Shown: in pieces, positions 1 to 11,251 of the stretch
Numbering within the stretch: the first letter of the stretch is position 1
Layout: every line of letters begins with the position of its first letter
Assembly: GCF_021028975.2 (NCBI RefSeq)
Contig: NC_059428.1
Location: forward strand, 138,508,001-138,572,000
Direction of reading: 5' to 3'
DNA length: 64,000 nt
From: Sphaerodactylus townsendi
Lineage: Eukaryota
Translations under genes and position numbers: made by a program
Notes under the pieces: model-generated
Seen by the model: the letters and a program-made list of their open reading frames with translations, nothing else
Databases searched by the model: none
Told to the model about the DNA's origin: nothing

Positions 1-397
1 GAACTACAACCGAGGGAGAGCAAAGAAAGAGGCGTCAGCTTGCAGATCCTCTTGTCCACACCAGGGAGCCAGTGCAAGCAGCTCTCCAAGATGTACAGGG
101 GCTCAACCCAACCCAGTTGCTTCCCTTTGTCCAGAGGCTGTGGGGGGTGTCCAGGAGCGTGGAACTGCATGGATTTAGCCCCAACCAACACAGAACTAGA
201 CAAGAGAAGGGGACAGCCTGCCCCCCTGCGCAGTCCTGCTCTGTGGCTGAAAATGGCAAAGGGGGAGCCGATCCTCAAGGCAGGACATGAGACAGGAAGT
301 CTGCCTGCCTGCAATCCCGCCCCCCCATTACAACCCAGGCCCTGCCTCAGGGATACCTGCACAGCAGATGGCAAGCTGAGCTGGCAGGTGGACTTAC

Positions 398-3300
398 CGT
401 AGAGAAGAACATGGTGAAGAGATAGACAGAAGCCTCGACCAAATGGTAGCTGTACACGGCCACAACGATGGCCGGCAGGAACAGCAGGTTGCTCAGTGTC
501 AGCAAGAGAGTGGCCAACAACTGGCCACCCACAGACAGGGCTTTCGTCCCATCTGTGCAGCTCCATCCACTCCAGCCTGCCAAGGTGAACCGGGAGAGGA
601 GACAGAAATGCTGGCCAGGCCGTCAAACAATCACTATTCCTGCCCGAAAGCCCATTATTGTGCCTGGGTGGCCAATGCCTTGCGGGGCGGAGGGTGGGGG
701 GAGAGCCCAACAGAAGGAAAAAAATCAATAATCCCTCAAGAGTCTTAGCATCTCTGGAAACAAAGGCTCTCCTTCCAAAATGTCCCTTGAGGACTGTTTC
801 AAGGGTGTTGACCAACAAAACAACCAGAACTCTTCTTAAAATATATTGCCCGGCCATGCCCTGTGAGCCTCGCTGGCATGGAATTCCTGGCCTGAGCGGG
901 AAAAAGGGCAGTCCAGCCGGCAGCAGCGGCAGAAGGAACAAGAAGGCTGGAGGAGAGGATGTTCTCACCACCACCACCACCACCACCACCACCACCACCA
1001 CCACCACCATCCTGCGCAGCCCCAACAAGCTCTTACCGGCCTTGCAGCTGCAGGCAGCATACAGGTAGCCAAGCCGTCGCAGTAAGCTGCACTGGCCATA
1101 TGCCCCGCAGTCATCAAAGCAGGGCCGGAGGGAGGCAGTGACGGTCACCAGGGCTTTGACCTTGTTGCATTCCCTGTGGCGGGCGAGAGGACAGAACGTC
1201 TACAGGAGAGGCTTCTGGGTGGGGTCTGTGGGCAAACACAGGGCAACCATTCGAGCAACCATTCTGGCATCCAAGCCAGGACAAGTCTGCTGAGGGAACA
1301 GCCTGCACCGTAGAAGAGAGGGTGAGGACGTGCGCACCCCTGAGGCTGCTCTCCCTGGGCACCGCCCTGAGCCCCTTGGGGGAGGGNNNNNNNNNNNNNN
1401 NNNNNNNNNNNNNNNNNNNNNNNNNNNNNNNNNNNNNNNNNNNNNNNNNNNNNNNNNNNNNNNNNNNNNNNNNNNNNNNNNNNNNNNNNNNNNNNNNNNN
1501 NNNNNNNNNNNNNNNNNNNNNNNNNNNNNNNNNNNNNNNNNNNNNNNNNNNNGCTGCCACCCAACTCACCCTGCATCCTTCGGGCAGACCAGGTGCAAGG
1601 ACAGGAACCAGCGGTCGGACTCTGGGTAGGGGATGCTAAGTGCAGCTGCTGGGGAGGATGCTGACATGTTCAGCGGATAGCCCTGGGAGAACGCTGAGGG
1701 CACAAAAGAGGTTAATTCCCTAATGCAGCTACGCCCCCCCACAGCCCAGACCAGCTGGGCAATATTTCCTTCTCCCAAGCAGTCAGTCTCTCCCACAAGC
1801 ACGAAGCCCACGCAAGATGCTCCAGCTCAGGGGCTGCCACTGACAGAAGCCCCAACATTGTATACCTGTCCTGCAGTCCCACATAGCATTTGGATCCAGT
1901 ACAGGGGAGGCGGCACTCAAGCAGGCCAGCACCGTGGCATTCTCGGGGATCTGGGACGTCTGCCGGGACAGAATAGATGCAGCTCCAGAGACATGGCATG
2001 AGCCCTGTGCTCCAGGCAAGGGACGCTCCGCACCCTCCAGCCCTCCCAAGGGCCTGCTTGGAGGGCTTGCTCACCCACCTTGTTCAGCTGTAGGCTGAGG
2101 ACCAATGTCCCCCCACTGTCCATGCCTGAGTCCAGGTTGAAAAGGAGCACAGTAGGCAACTGAGGCCAGACAGGCACGCTGGGCTCCCCGAGGACCCGAA
2201 ACACCACGGACACCGTGTCCAGGTCCTCCCGAGTGACCGGCTGACTGTGTAGGCAAGAGTTTCCCAGAGAAGAGGCATTCGCCCCCACCTGCCAGGTGGC
2301 ATTCACGCTGCTTCCCAGGAGTGGTCCAGCCTGGCTTCTGTTCAGACTCTTGTAGAAGGCCTGGAAGGCACTGGGGCCCCCTGGCTGGCACACTGTGAAG
2401 CAACGGGACACATCATGTCAAGGAGGCATCTCAGAGCAGGAACAACCCACCATCCCTAAGAGCTACTCTGACCTGGTGTGGATGCCCACGCACCAAAGGT
2501 GGATAGAGGTGGGGTGGCTGGGGAAGAATAGATGAACAATAGACCTCCCACAACAAAGGGTGGTGTTACCCGTCCCGTCCCCAGCACACACCTACAAATG
2601 AGGTAGTCATCTGGAAGGAGACACTGGCGCCGGCGCTGCTGAGACTCTTCACCGTGATCCGCAGCCACTTCTGCCACGGCACAGAGGCCAGGAGGAGGCT
2701 GCAGGGGGCTTCCCCTGTGCAGTTGAGCACCTTCTGGAAGGACCTTGGCAGTGTGGCAGAACCCAGCGTGACATGCAGAGTGCAGGCCACGGAAATGTTC
2801 GCTGTGCAGTTTCGCAGCTCAAGCTTCAGTGAAGCGCTGTATTCTGGGACAAAGAGCCTGTGCAGAAAGGGAGTGGAACCTTAGAAGAATCCATTTCACA
2901 GGGGACCTCTCCTTAGGAGTCTACCCCCCCCCTCAGAAGAAGAGAAGAGTTTGGATTTATACCCTACCTTTCTCTCCTGTAATGAGACTCAAGGTGGCTT
3001 ACAAGCTCCTTTCCCTTCCTCTCCCCACAACAGACCCCTTATGAGGCAGGTGGGGCTGAGAGAGTTCAGAGAGAACTGTGACTAGTAACTACCATACAAA
3101 GACGCGTTGCATCAACCGCTTTTTATATATTGTGCATAATAAACAAATAAAGTGCATAAACAGTGAATTACAGTGCAAAACAATATATAAAAAGCGGTTG
3201 ATGCAACGCGTCTTTGTATGGTAGTTGATATTAACGTTGCATCGAGTGAGTGATTAAGAACTGTGACTAGCCCAAGGTCACCCAGCAGGAATGTAGGAGT

Positions 3301-6300
3301 GTGGAAACACATCTGGTTCATCAGATAAGCCTCTGCCAGTCAGGTAGAGGTTCTCCACATTACGGCCACGCTGCAGATTCTTCAGATTAGAGTCCACCTG
3401 CTCTGAACCACCACACCACACTGGCTCTCAAGCCCCCCCAGCACCCAGCCCTTCTGCAGAGGAGCTCACCCCTGCCCTTTGGTCTCTCACTTGGTGTGAA
3501 GTGGCCAAGATGGCCCAGAGATGGTCTGCCAGATGGGAATGTTGGGCTCCAGGACAGGCATCCCCAGGACACGCAGCACAGACATGCTGGGCTGGAATGT
3601 GTAGGTGCATGGCGTGGAGAAGCCCTGTGGGGAAGGGAGAGCTCCATCAGTGCCCCCTAGCACTGCTGCCTTGAAGGGCCACCCCCCCCCCAGCACCTGC
3701 CCCCTCTCACCTTGACCTCGATCTTGCCACTTTCCTCAGGCAGGTGTGCCACAATAAACCAGTCCCCTGCCGCGGGGCTGGTGAGGTTGAGGAATGTAGT
3801 GTTCTCCTGAGAAGCTGCCAGGGTCAAAGTCTGGCTGTAGAAGCCAGGAAGGCTCATGTTGGCAGGAAACTGTGTGCCCAGAGGGTTGATGATGGGCGGG
3901 GCCCCAGAACGGATATGGCTGCAAGACAGAGGAGGCAGGCAGGTCAGAGCCCCCCAGGGGCTGACCCCCTGCCAAGCCAACAGCAGGGTGCCCCCTTCCC
4001 CTTCATTCCAGGTTGGCTCCGCACGGGCAGGAGGGGAACGTACACGGTCACCTGTGTCCTGCCGCAGTTGGGGCTGCTCCCCCGGGACGCCTGCAGAAGC
4101 CAGTGCAATATGGCTGTGTCCTCTGGCACGCGGAAACGGAAGAGTCTGGCACTTCCATACCAACTGTAGAAGGGGAGCCTCTGAGAAATCTGGGAGAAAT
4201 ACTCAAAGACATAGGTCACACCTGGAAAGGGAGGAGCAGAGAGGGCAGCTGGTCAGGAGGTGCCCCAGCTCTGTGCTGTGTGTGTGTGGGGGGAGCCCAT
4301 GTGGAGGCAGCAGCTCAGTGGGGCTGTGAAGCCACTCCTATCACACACAAACGCCCAGGACCCTGGAGCCAGAGCAAGAATCCTGGTGACATGAGACACC
4401 CTCAGGGAATGGGCCTGGCAGCTGCCATTCCCCCTGGCCCGCATAGCTAACTGTGTGGGCCTTGGAAATCATCTTTGTCACCCCACACTGCAGGGCTCAA
4501 TCCCTTGCGGGCACCTGCCACTGGCTCAGAAGGAGGAACCAGGAACCCAACGCAGGTGGCCACGTGAAGAAGGGCAGGGCGCAGAGAAGGCCCTCCGGGA
4601 ACCATGAGACACCCAGAAGGAGCCTCCACCCTCTGATACAGCCCTTACCCCACATGGAGGACTGACATTTCCCCGAAAGGGCTGGGCCCCCAGGAGCAGC
4701 CTCTGGGATTGGCTGGAGGGCTGGGCCCAAAGTGGCTGGACAGGTACATCCGGTCCAGACAGCGCCCCCCCCCATCCAACCCCCTCCCCTGCCCCTTGCA
4801 CAACAAAAGTAGCCAGAAGAAGCAGAAGTCACTGGGAGCTGTGAGAGTCAGAAAGCGGCAGCCGCCCCAGGGAAGCCCAAAGATAAGAAGGCCCAGGGAC
4901 AGACCCTCCCTCAGTCCAGACAACCAGGAATGCAGCAAGGTTCCCCTTGTTGATGCTAGCAAGATGCCCCACTGGCCTGGGGCAATGCCCAGCCAGCTTC
5001 CCCCAGCACCCACTGCCTTGCTCCACTTCCTCACTCCCTGACCTTGCTCACCCTGCAGGGATTCATGCAGCAAGCCCGAGGAGCGGAGCCAAGCCCAAGG
5101 GCAAGGCAGGCAGCAGAAAACTCGAAAAACAGGCTGGCAGCAGAGGAAGGCCCGGGCGGGCCCACTGCCAGCCGTTGCCCTGCCTGCGGCCACTGAATCC
5201 CGTTGCCATTTCCCCAGGAACTGAAAGTCCGCCTGGCTCCCAGGCCGGCTGCCCAGCACCAGCCTCCTTGGGGGCCAGCCAGGTAAGGACCCAACATGTC
5301 GAAGGCAGAGGTAAGGACGGAGCCATTGAGGCAAGACCCTTCTCCACCCTGGCGGTCTTTGCTGCCTCAGAACAGCACAGTTTTTATGAGTCTTTGCAGA
5401 GTCTGAAAAGCTATGGAGAATGGGGGAGGTGACCGCTGAAGGCTGTGGGGCACAGTGTGGCAGAGCCCAGCCCCCCCCCCCCCCGGGTCCCAGAAGCCAT
5501 CCTTGGGCCAGTCATGCCTACCTCACATGGATGTTGTGAGGATAAGCTGGGGGAATGTAGGGTGCAGACATTGAATAAAGGAAGTAAACCAATTAACCCC
5601 CAACCCCCACCCCGCACCCAGAGCATTCAGCTACGCCTGTTGCCTGGGATTCTATGCCAAACACCCGAACTTCCATCCTAGGAGTCTGGGCATCTCAAGC
5701 TGTGAGGCGGGCCAGCCTGTCAGATGCAGCCCCCCGCCCCCGCCCCCGCCCCCTTGGCCAGCAAAAGCCCCCCCCCCGTTTCCTCTTCAGAAAGCAAAGG
5801 AAGACTGGACCTTGCCCACCTTCCCTGGCACACCCAGCCCCTGGCACACTCTTTGCCCCTGGGAGACCCCGCTCCACCACGGGGGAAGGGAAAGGTGTCT
5901 CTCCGCCCCCCCCCCCCAGGGGCCAGCCTGCTTCCCAGAAGCCTTCGAAGGGGGCGCCCTTCGCCCCACAAATCACCCCCCTCACCTGCGAACACGCCCG
6001 CGCCAGGTGCGGCCCCCAACCCCGCGCCACCCCCCGCGGCCGAGAGCAGCGGCGCCCCCCCCTCCCCCCTCTCCCGCCGGTTCCAGGGAAAGCGGTCCAA
6101 GAGAAACTTCCGCGGCGGCGACCGGGAGGGGAGAGGACGACTAGCCGCGCCCTCCTCTCCCCCCGCGCCCCCCCCCGCCAAGCCTGGTCCCCCGCCGGGC
6201 CGTGTCCGTTGCTCACCATGGGGCGCGCCGCTTTGCTGGCCGTTCCCTCCGGGCCAGGCGGCGAGGGGGCCGGTTAACAGCAGCAGCAGCAGCGGCGGCG

Positions 6301-6316
6301 GCAGGGTCCGGGCCAT
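398..6316 (-). CDS. PGAP6: TMEM8A/PGAP6 (post-GPI attachment to proteins 6), exons 1-10; remaining exons lie left of the window
   Basis: Exons (minus): 6217-6316, 4044-4221, 3711-3918, 3491-3624, 2592-2857, 2079-2392, 1866-1959, 1570-1693, 1037-1173, 398-576. All are GT-AG with consistent phases. Signal peptide MARTLPPPLLLLLL; motifs FYSWYGSARLFRF, AAGDWFIVAHLP, DSGMDSGGTL, EGF-like PCFDDCGAYGQC..CSCKAGWSGWSCTD and LLLTLSNLLFLPAI. Confidence 0.95.
966..1009. repeat. (CAC)n microsatellite in a TMEM8A intron
   Basis: About 14 CAC units. Confidence 0.95.
1387..1551. other. Assembly gap
   Basis: Run of N; intronic, and no TMEM8A exon is missing across it. Confidence 0.99.
2935..3428 (-). mobile_element. 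Squam3-like tRNA-derived SINE, interrupted at 3086-3256
   Basis: Reverse complement of GCCAGTGTGGTGTGGTGGTT...GGGTGACCTTGGGCTAGTCACAGTTCTCTC...CAGCCCCACC...ATAAATCCAAACTCTTC. Confidence 0.8.
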
Positions 6317-6600
6317 CGGGAGAGGACGGAGGCCGCCCGGCCCAGCCTGGCCTACCCGGCAGCAACAACAAGAGCAGCAGCCACAACCGCCGCCGCCGGG
6401 CCCGCGCGTCCGCCCTCTGCTGCCGGCTGGCCGGGGCGCTGACGTCACGGGGGACACCGACCTGGCCCCGCCTCCTGGAGCGCCCCCCCTCCCTGGGAGA
6501 AAGCGCTGCCTGCCCGACCAGCCCCAGTTGCCTCCCGCGGGGAGGGGAGAGGGGTGCAGAGAGCCAGGAGAGGGGAAGGGCCAGGGGGCGCCTGTTGGGT
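5700..6600 (-). promoter_or_regulatory. CpG-island promoter of TMEM8A/PGAP6
   Basis: CpG-dense region around exon 1; palindromic CRE TGACGTCA at 6440-6447. Confidence 0.75.
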
Positions 6601-8310
6601 CTGGAACCTGGAAGCAACTCTGTATTGTTGATCAGTAGTGTTTATTGATCGGCATCGAAGGGCCCAGGTCGACAACGCCAGTTCTGCTGCCCCCTTTATT
6701 CCGATGTTAGTCCCCCCTCCCATTTTCCCGATAAATGTGAAAAAGAATCAGTTAGGTGCTCCAAGGTGTGCGACAGATAGAGATAGAGCCACCTGGCATC
6801 CTCCCCCGCCCATCTCAGGACGACGGAAAATCCCGTTTCCCATGAGACCAGAAGTGTCAGGGGTGAGCCTAGTTGTCTACGAAGTGAGTGAAGCCCTAAA
6901 GCAAAAGATCAAGGGAAAAAAATGTCCCAGAATAGCACTGATAACATAGAGCAGGCTGGTTACATAGATCTTGTAGCAACTACATGGAGCTGGGAAGGTA
7001 TCTCAATCAATCCCCCCGACGTTCTGCCTCGCCACTCGCTGGCGCTGGCGGAAACGTTGCTCCTCTTCCAGGCCCCCCTCAGCATCTCTGGCCGAGCAGA
7101 TCCAGCCCCTCCGGGTGCGCGGGTTGCTCCCCACCAGCGCCCACAGCAGGACCTCGGGATCCAGGCCATCTTTGAACAAGTGGAGGAAGAGCCGCTCCAG
7201 CCAGTTCCGGACGCCGCGGGCCAGCTGTTGAAATCCGCCCGCATAGTCGGCCATGGATCGGGACCCCTGCCGTAGACCTGTGGGTTGGGCCCAGGCTTTG
7301 TTTTCCCGAAAGGGGTCCTCAAGTTGGCGCCGCAGGGAGAGCATGAAACGGTCACGACGGTCTCGAAACTCCGGGGCATTTTCTTTGAACAGCCTCAGGA
7401 GCCATTTGGTACCCCCCCCCTCCCGTTCCAGCAATGCCCCCCACCTGGCGCACTCGTTCAGCCTCCGTCTGGAAGGAACTCATCCCTCGTCACCTGCATA
7501 TAGGAGCCCACCTGCGCCAGGAAGTAGGAGGAGTCTTGGGGTCTCCGTTAAAGGTGGCCTTCAGCTCCTTCCTCCGTCCGGGCCCCGGAGGCGCTGGTGG
7601 CGGCGCTGGGGCAGCCGCACCGACTTGCTGCGAGCCGGCGTCTGCTCCCTGGGCTGCCGTGGCTTGTGGGGGGCCGGAGCTGCCGGGGGGGGGGGGCGCT
7701 CCCCGCGGATTGCTGAGGCCCCACTTGCAGATCCGCCAGTTGCTGCTGGAGGCGGAGGAGGAGGCGCAGCAGGTCCCGTCGGATAACTTCTTGGCTGCGC
7801 CGTGGTGGGTCGGCGGTCTCTTTCGCCTTGGCCCCGTCCCAGCGGCGACAGGTCCTCCTGGCGCTCCATCTCCACCAAGTCTCCCTCGGGGACCGACGCC
7901 CAGCGCTTCGGCGCAGCGCCGAGCCACGCGGGCCCGGGGACCCCGGTTCGCCCAGTTGGCTCCCAAAGGAACCAGCTCGCCCCGTAGCTCCCTCCCTCCA
8001 TAGCTGCAGGAATGGGAGCAGGCGCGCGCCGGGATCCAGGAGAACGCGCCTGCAAGAAACGGACTCGGTCATTAATGATCAGCAGCGTTTATTGATCGGC
8101 ATCGAAGCAGCCAGCGTGTCCCAGCCGCTCCTGGCGAGCCTGGCTTTTGCTGCCCCTTCATGCAGCTGTTAGTCCCCTTCCCATTTCCCCAAGACATGTG
8201 CGAGTCAGTTTGGAACAGAGGCGCGCCAAGGTCGCGGCAGATAGAGGCACAGAGGGGGCCACCTGGCAGCGCCGCCTCCTCCTCCTGTACCAGAGCCGCA
8301 CTTGTGACCC
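6593..8310 (-). mobile_element. Gag-only LTR retroelement remnant with two diverged LTR-like direct repeats (about 6593-6810 and 8005-8310)
   Basis: Shared block TGATCAG(T/C)AG(T/C)GTTTATTGATCGGCATCGAAG at about 6629-6660 and 8077-8107 (AATAAA on minus). Further collinear motifs TGTTAGTCCCC, CAGATAGAG and GCCACCTGGCA. Confidence 0.65.
7003..8002 (-). pseudogene. Frameshifted Ty3/Gypsy-type gag (Retrotrans_gag; PEG10/RTL-like capsid fold)
   Basis: Across frameshifts reads ELKATFNGDPK / YFLAQVGSYM / FQTEAERVRQVG / W....F...L...LEDPFRE..A....LRQGSRSMADYAGGFQQLA....W......F..GLDPEV. No zinc knuckle or pol follows. Confidence 0.8.
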
Positions 8311-8420
8311 AAAGGCAGAGAGATGGCAGTGGAGCATTACGGCTAAGAGTGTGGCGGGTCCATCTGCCTTGGGTTCCGGTCTTTCGTTTCCAAAGCGCAA
8401 AGACTGAGGACCTCCTAAGG

Positions 8421-8921
8421 CAGTGGTGGCGAACCTATGGCACGGGTGCCAGAGGTGGCACTCAGAGCCCTCTCTGTGGCCACGCGCAAACAGAGTCCCC
8501 CCCCCCCACACACACACATCTAGGCTGGCCTGGGCTGCATTAAACCCAAGACCTAGTTTTGGGGAAGCAGTGTAGGTAACCCTGTTAAGCACTGTTAAAC
8601 CCCACTGATTTTCAGGCGAAGAACTAAAGTGCGATCTTTTATCTAGGGGTAAGCTCGGTTGCTGGCAAGGGGGCTTGCTTCTGAGTAAACCCTCCAAGGG
8701 CTGTGATTCACCCGTTGGAAGAGTTGCATGGTTGCTCCAAAGCAAAGCCACCAACTACCACCAAGCTTACTCCTGAGTAACGCACGCCTCGGAGCCAACC
8801 ATTTTTTCTAAACTAAAACCTCAGTATTGGGGTTAAATTGCCGTGTTGGCACTTTGCGATAAATAAGTGGGTTTTGGGTTGCAATTTGGGCACTCTGTCT
8901 TGAAAAGGTTCGCTATCACTG
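8421..8921. mobile_element. hAT non-autonomous DNA transposon (MITE)
   Basis: TIRs CAGTGGTGGCGAACCT / AGGTTCGCTATCACTG; 8-bp TSD TCCTAAGG at 8413-8420 and 8922-8929. Confidence 0.9.
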
Positions 8922-9726
8922 TCCTAAGGAGTGCACCAGCACCACCTGGTGGACGATGGTGTAGTTTCTCTCTGGTTTTCCCCTTGGCTGTTCCTGCTGC
9001 AGATCTCTCAACGGTTTGACCTCCTTCCCTGTTGGTCAGCTGCATGGTCACCTTCCCAACTGGAAGGGACAGGAAAAACTGGCTCAGCCAGGGCACAGAA
9101 ATATGGGGAGAGCCATGCTGGGGGCCCAGCAGTGCCATCCTGCAGCACCCTCTTTCCCACGATGCCCACTCTGCTTCCATCTATTCCCACTCAAACCTCC
9201 CTTTTTTAAAAACACCACAGCAGAGTTGCAATACATAATGAGAATAATTGAACTGCCGCCTGGAGTACCAATCAAGCAGCAGCAGAGCAGAGGCTACCCT
9301 GTGTCACTCACTACAATATCCAACCAATGTGCCAAGAGGAGGAAAAGAGGGGCCCACAGTTTAAAAGCGATGAAATGGAGCCTGCAGAGGCTGTGATGTG
9401 GTAACCAGCCATTGAATTGCAGTTAAAGCAGAAGTGTCCATCCCCAGGCAGACTCCAGCCTTCCTATTAGCAACACACAGGCAGGAGGGGTCTGGGGCAC
9501 CCCTGTCTGAGAAGGTGACGCAGCCAACCAACCCAGTGAAATGGGCAAAACTTGGTGCTACTGAGCCCTCCAGCACCCGCCCATCGGCAAAACGGGATCC
9601 GGCTCCTGCACCCTTCACTTCCTGAGACAACCATTGCACAGAGTCATGGAAACTTGAGCCCTGGCGGATGGTGCTCGCTGGGCCCCTCTTCAGCCTGGTC
9701 CTGCCCTGCTGGGCTCAGTTGGGGCA

Positions 9727-9852
9727 ATGTATAGTCGAAGGCTTTCACGGCCAGGATCACTGGGGTGTTGTGGGGTTTCCGGGCTGTCTGGCCGTGTTCC
9801 GGTAGCATTTTCTCCTGATGTTTTGCCTGCATCTGTGGCTGACGTCTTCAGA
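9727..9852 (-). mobile_element. Penelope-derived repeat fragment
   Basis: GAAGGCTTTCACGGCC...GCCTGCATCTGTGGCTG..TCTTCAG family. Confidence 0.7.
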
Positions 9853-10019
9853 TTTTGGCTGCTGTGCAAAAGAGGGGGGGGGGAATGGCTCTAATGTTGT
9901 CCCTGTTTTATTTAACCACTTCTTTTTTTAATTTGCTGGTTTATCCAGAGCCATGAATGGTTGATAGTTCCAGCTGGGCTTCAATGTGTGGGTGCGAGAA
10001 GGGCCAACAAGCCCTTTGG

Positions 10020-10465
10020 TCAGGAACGCGCAGCCCCCTTGCCAGCCCAGCTAGGTCTCCCAAACTGAGGGCTTCAATAGGGAGAGGTTTGGGGGACAGT
10101 TTTCAGCCATAGTGATTTCACCCAAGGTAGGAGTGGATTGGAAGCTGGAACCTCAAAATCCCCCCTCCCAATGTGGGATGAAGGGCCAGGACAAGGAGAA
10201 AGCAACAAACCGCAGCCCCCACCCTGTGGCCAGCAGGGCTTTCTGATGCCAGGTGGCTCTCTCTCTTGCTATCCGCCGCCGACCTTGGGGCACCTCAGCT
10301 CCAAAGAAAACTTGTGGGACAATGGGAGGGGGGTTCTCTGCGGGGAATAAAGGGGACTGCGAATGCCAGCTTCCTTCGTCAGAACTGGCTTTGTCAAGGG
10401 TGGTGCTTCCATGCCTGTTCAATAAACGCTACTGATCAGTAGAGTCCGTTTATTTCCTTAAAGGT
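10020..10465 (+). mobile_element. Probable solo LTR related to the LTR-like repeats flanking the gag
   Basis: AATAAACGCTACTGATCA...GAGTCCGTTT at 10421-10451 matches the reverse complement of 8057-8092. Confidence 0.5.
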
Positions 10466-10817
10466 CTAGCAGGTTCCCTGGAGGTACAAGTACCCTTTCT
10501 CCAGACCAACCCACATCCTGCCCCCAACCCCACATGTCACTATTTGGGGAATGTGTATGCTGAATCCCCACTGACAAGGAAAACAACGCCCCCCCCCCCC
10601 CAGACCTGTAATAGCAACGAGGCTTTGGGTGTTCTCTCTGGGACTGATAACCGGTTTTGGAAACATGGGGTGGGCTGCCAACATTTTTGGCCTTCTAAGC
10701 TTCAGCAGGGGTGGGGGTGGATTGAGAAGGCTCTGCATGTCAACTTAGCCCTGTACCCCCCCTCCCCAGGCCCTGATGCAGCCCTTTCTTATGCCAGTGT
10801 GATTGCAGCCTCTAGGT

Positions 10818-11251
10818 CAGGGGTAGGGAACCTGCCGCTCAAGAGCCGCATGAGGCTCTTCTGCCCTTGCACTGTGGCTCCACGAGCCGAGCCGCCGACC
10901 CCATCCTTGTCCGCCCTGCAAGCAGCAGGGTGGGCGCACCAACTGCCCACAGTCGGCTGGGCCGCGCCATGGGTTTCCCCTCTCGCCCACCCCATTGGAG
11001 CGGGGCGGGTGCTTTCCTGGTGGCCGGCGAGGCCAAGCCGCCGGCTTCATCCTTGCCTGCCCTGCAGGTAGCAGGGCGGGCGCATCCATGCGCTTCTCAA
11101 AATGAGCGGAGTAAAAGGTAAAAACAACCCTATATATATAGTGTTATCTTTATTTTAAATGTCAAAAATTATTTGCAGCTCCAAGTGTTTTCTTTTCCCA
11201 TGGAAAACGGGTCCAAATGGCTCTTTGAGTGTTAAAGGTTCCCTACCCCTG
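10818..11251. mobile_element. hAT (Charlie-type) MITE
   Basis: Perfect TIRs CAGGGGTAGGGAACCT; TSD CTCTAGGT on both sides. Confidence 0.9.

Noticed and set aside
5654-6648. Multiple long Pro/Gly/Arg-rich ORFs
   Set aside because: Stop-codon scarcity in a CpG island; only TMEM8A exon 1 is supported.
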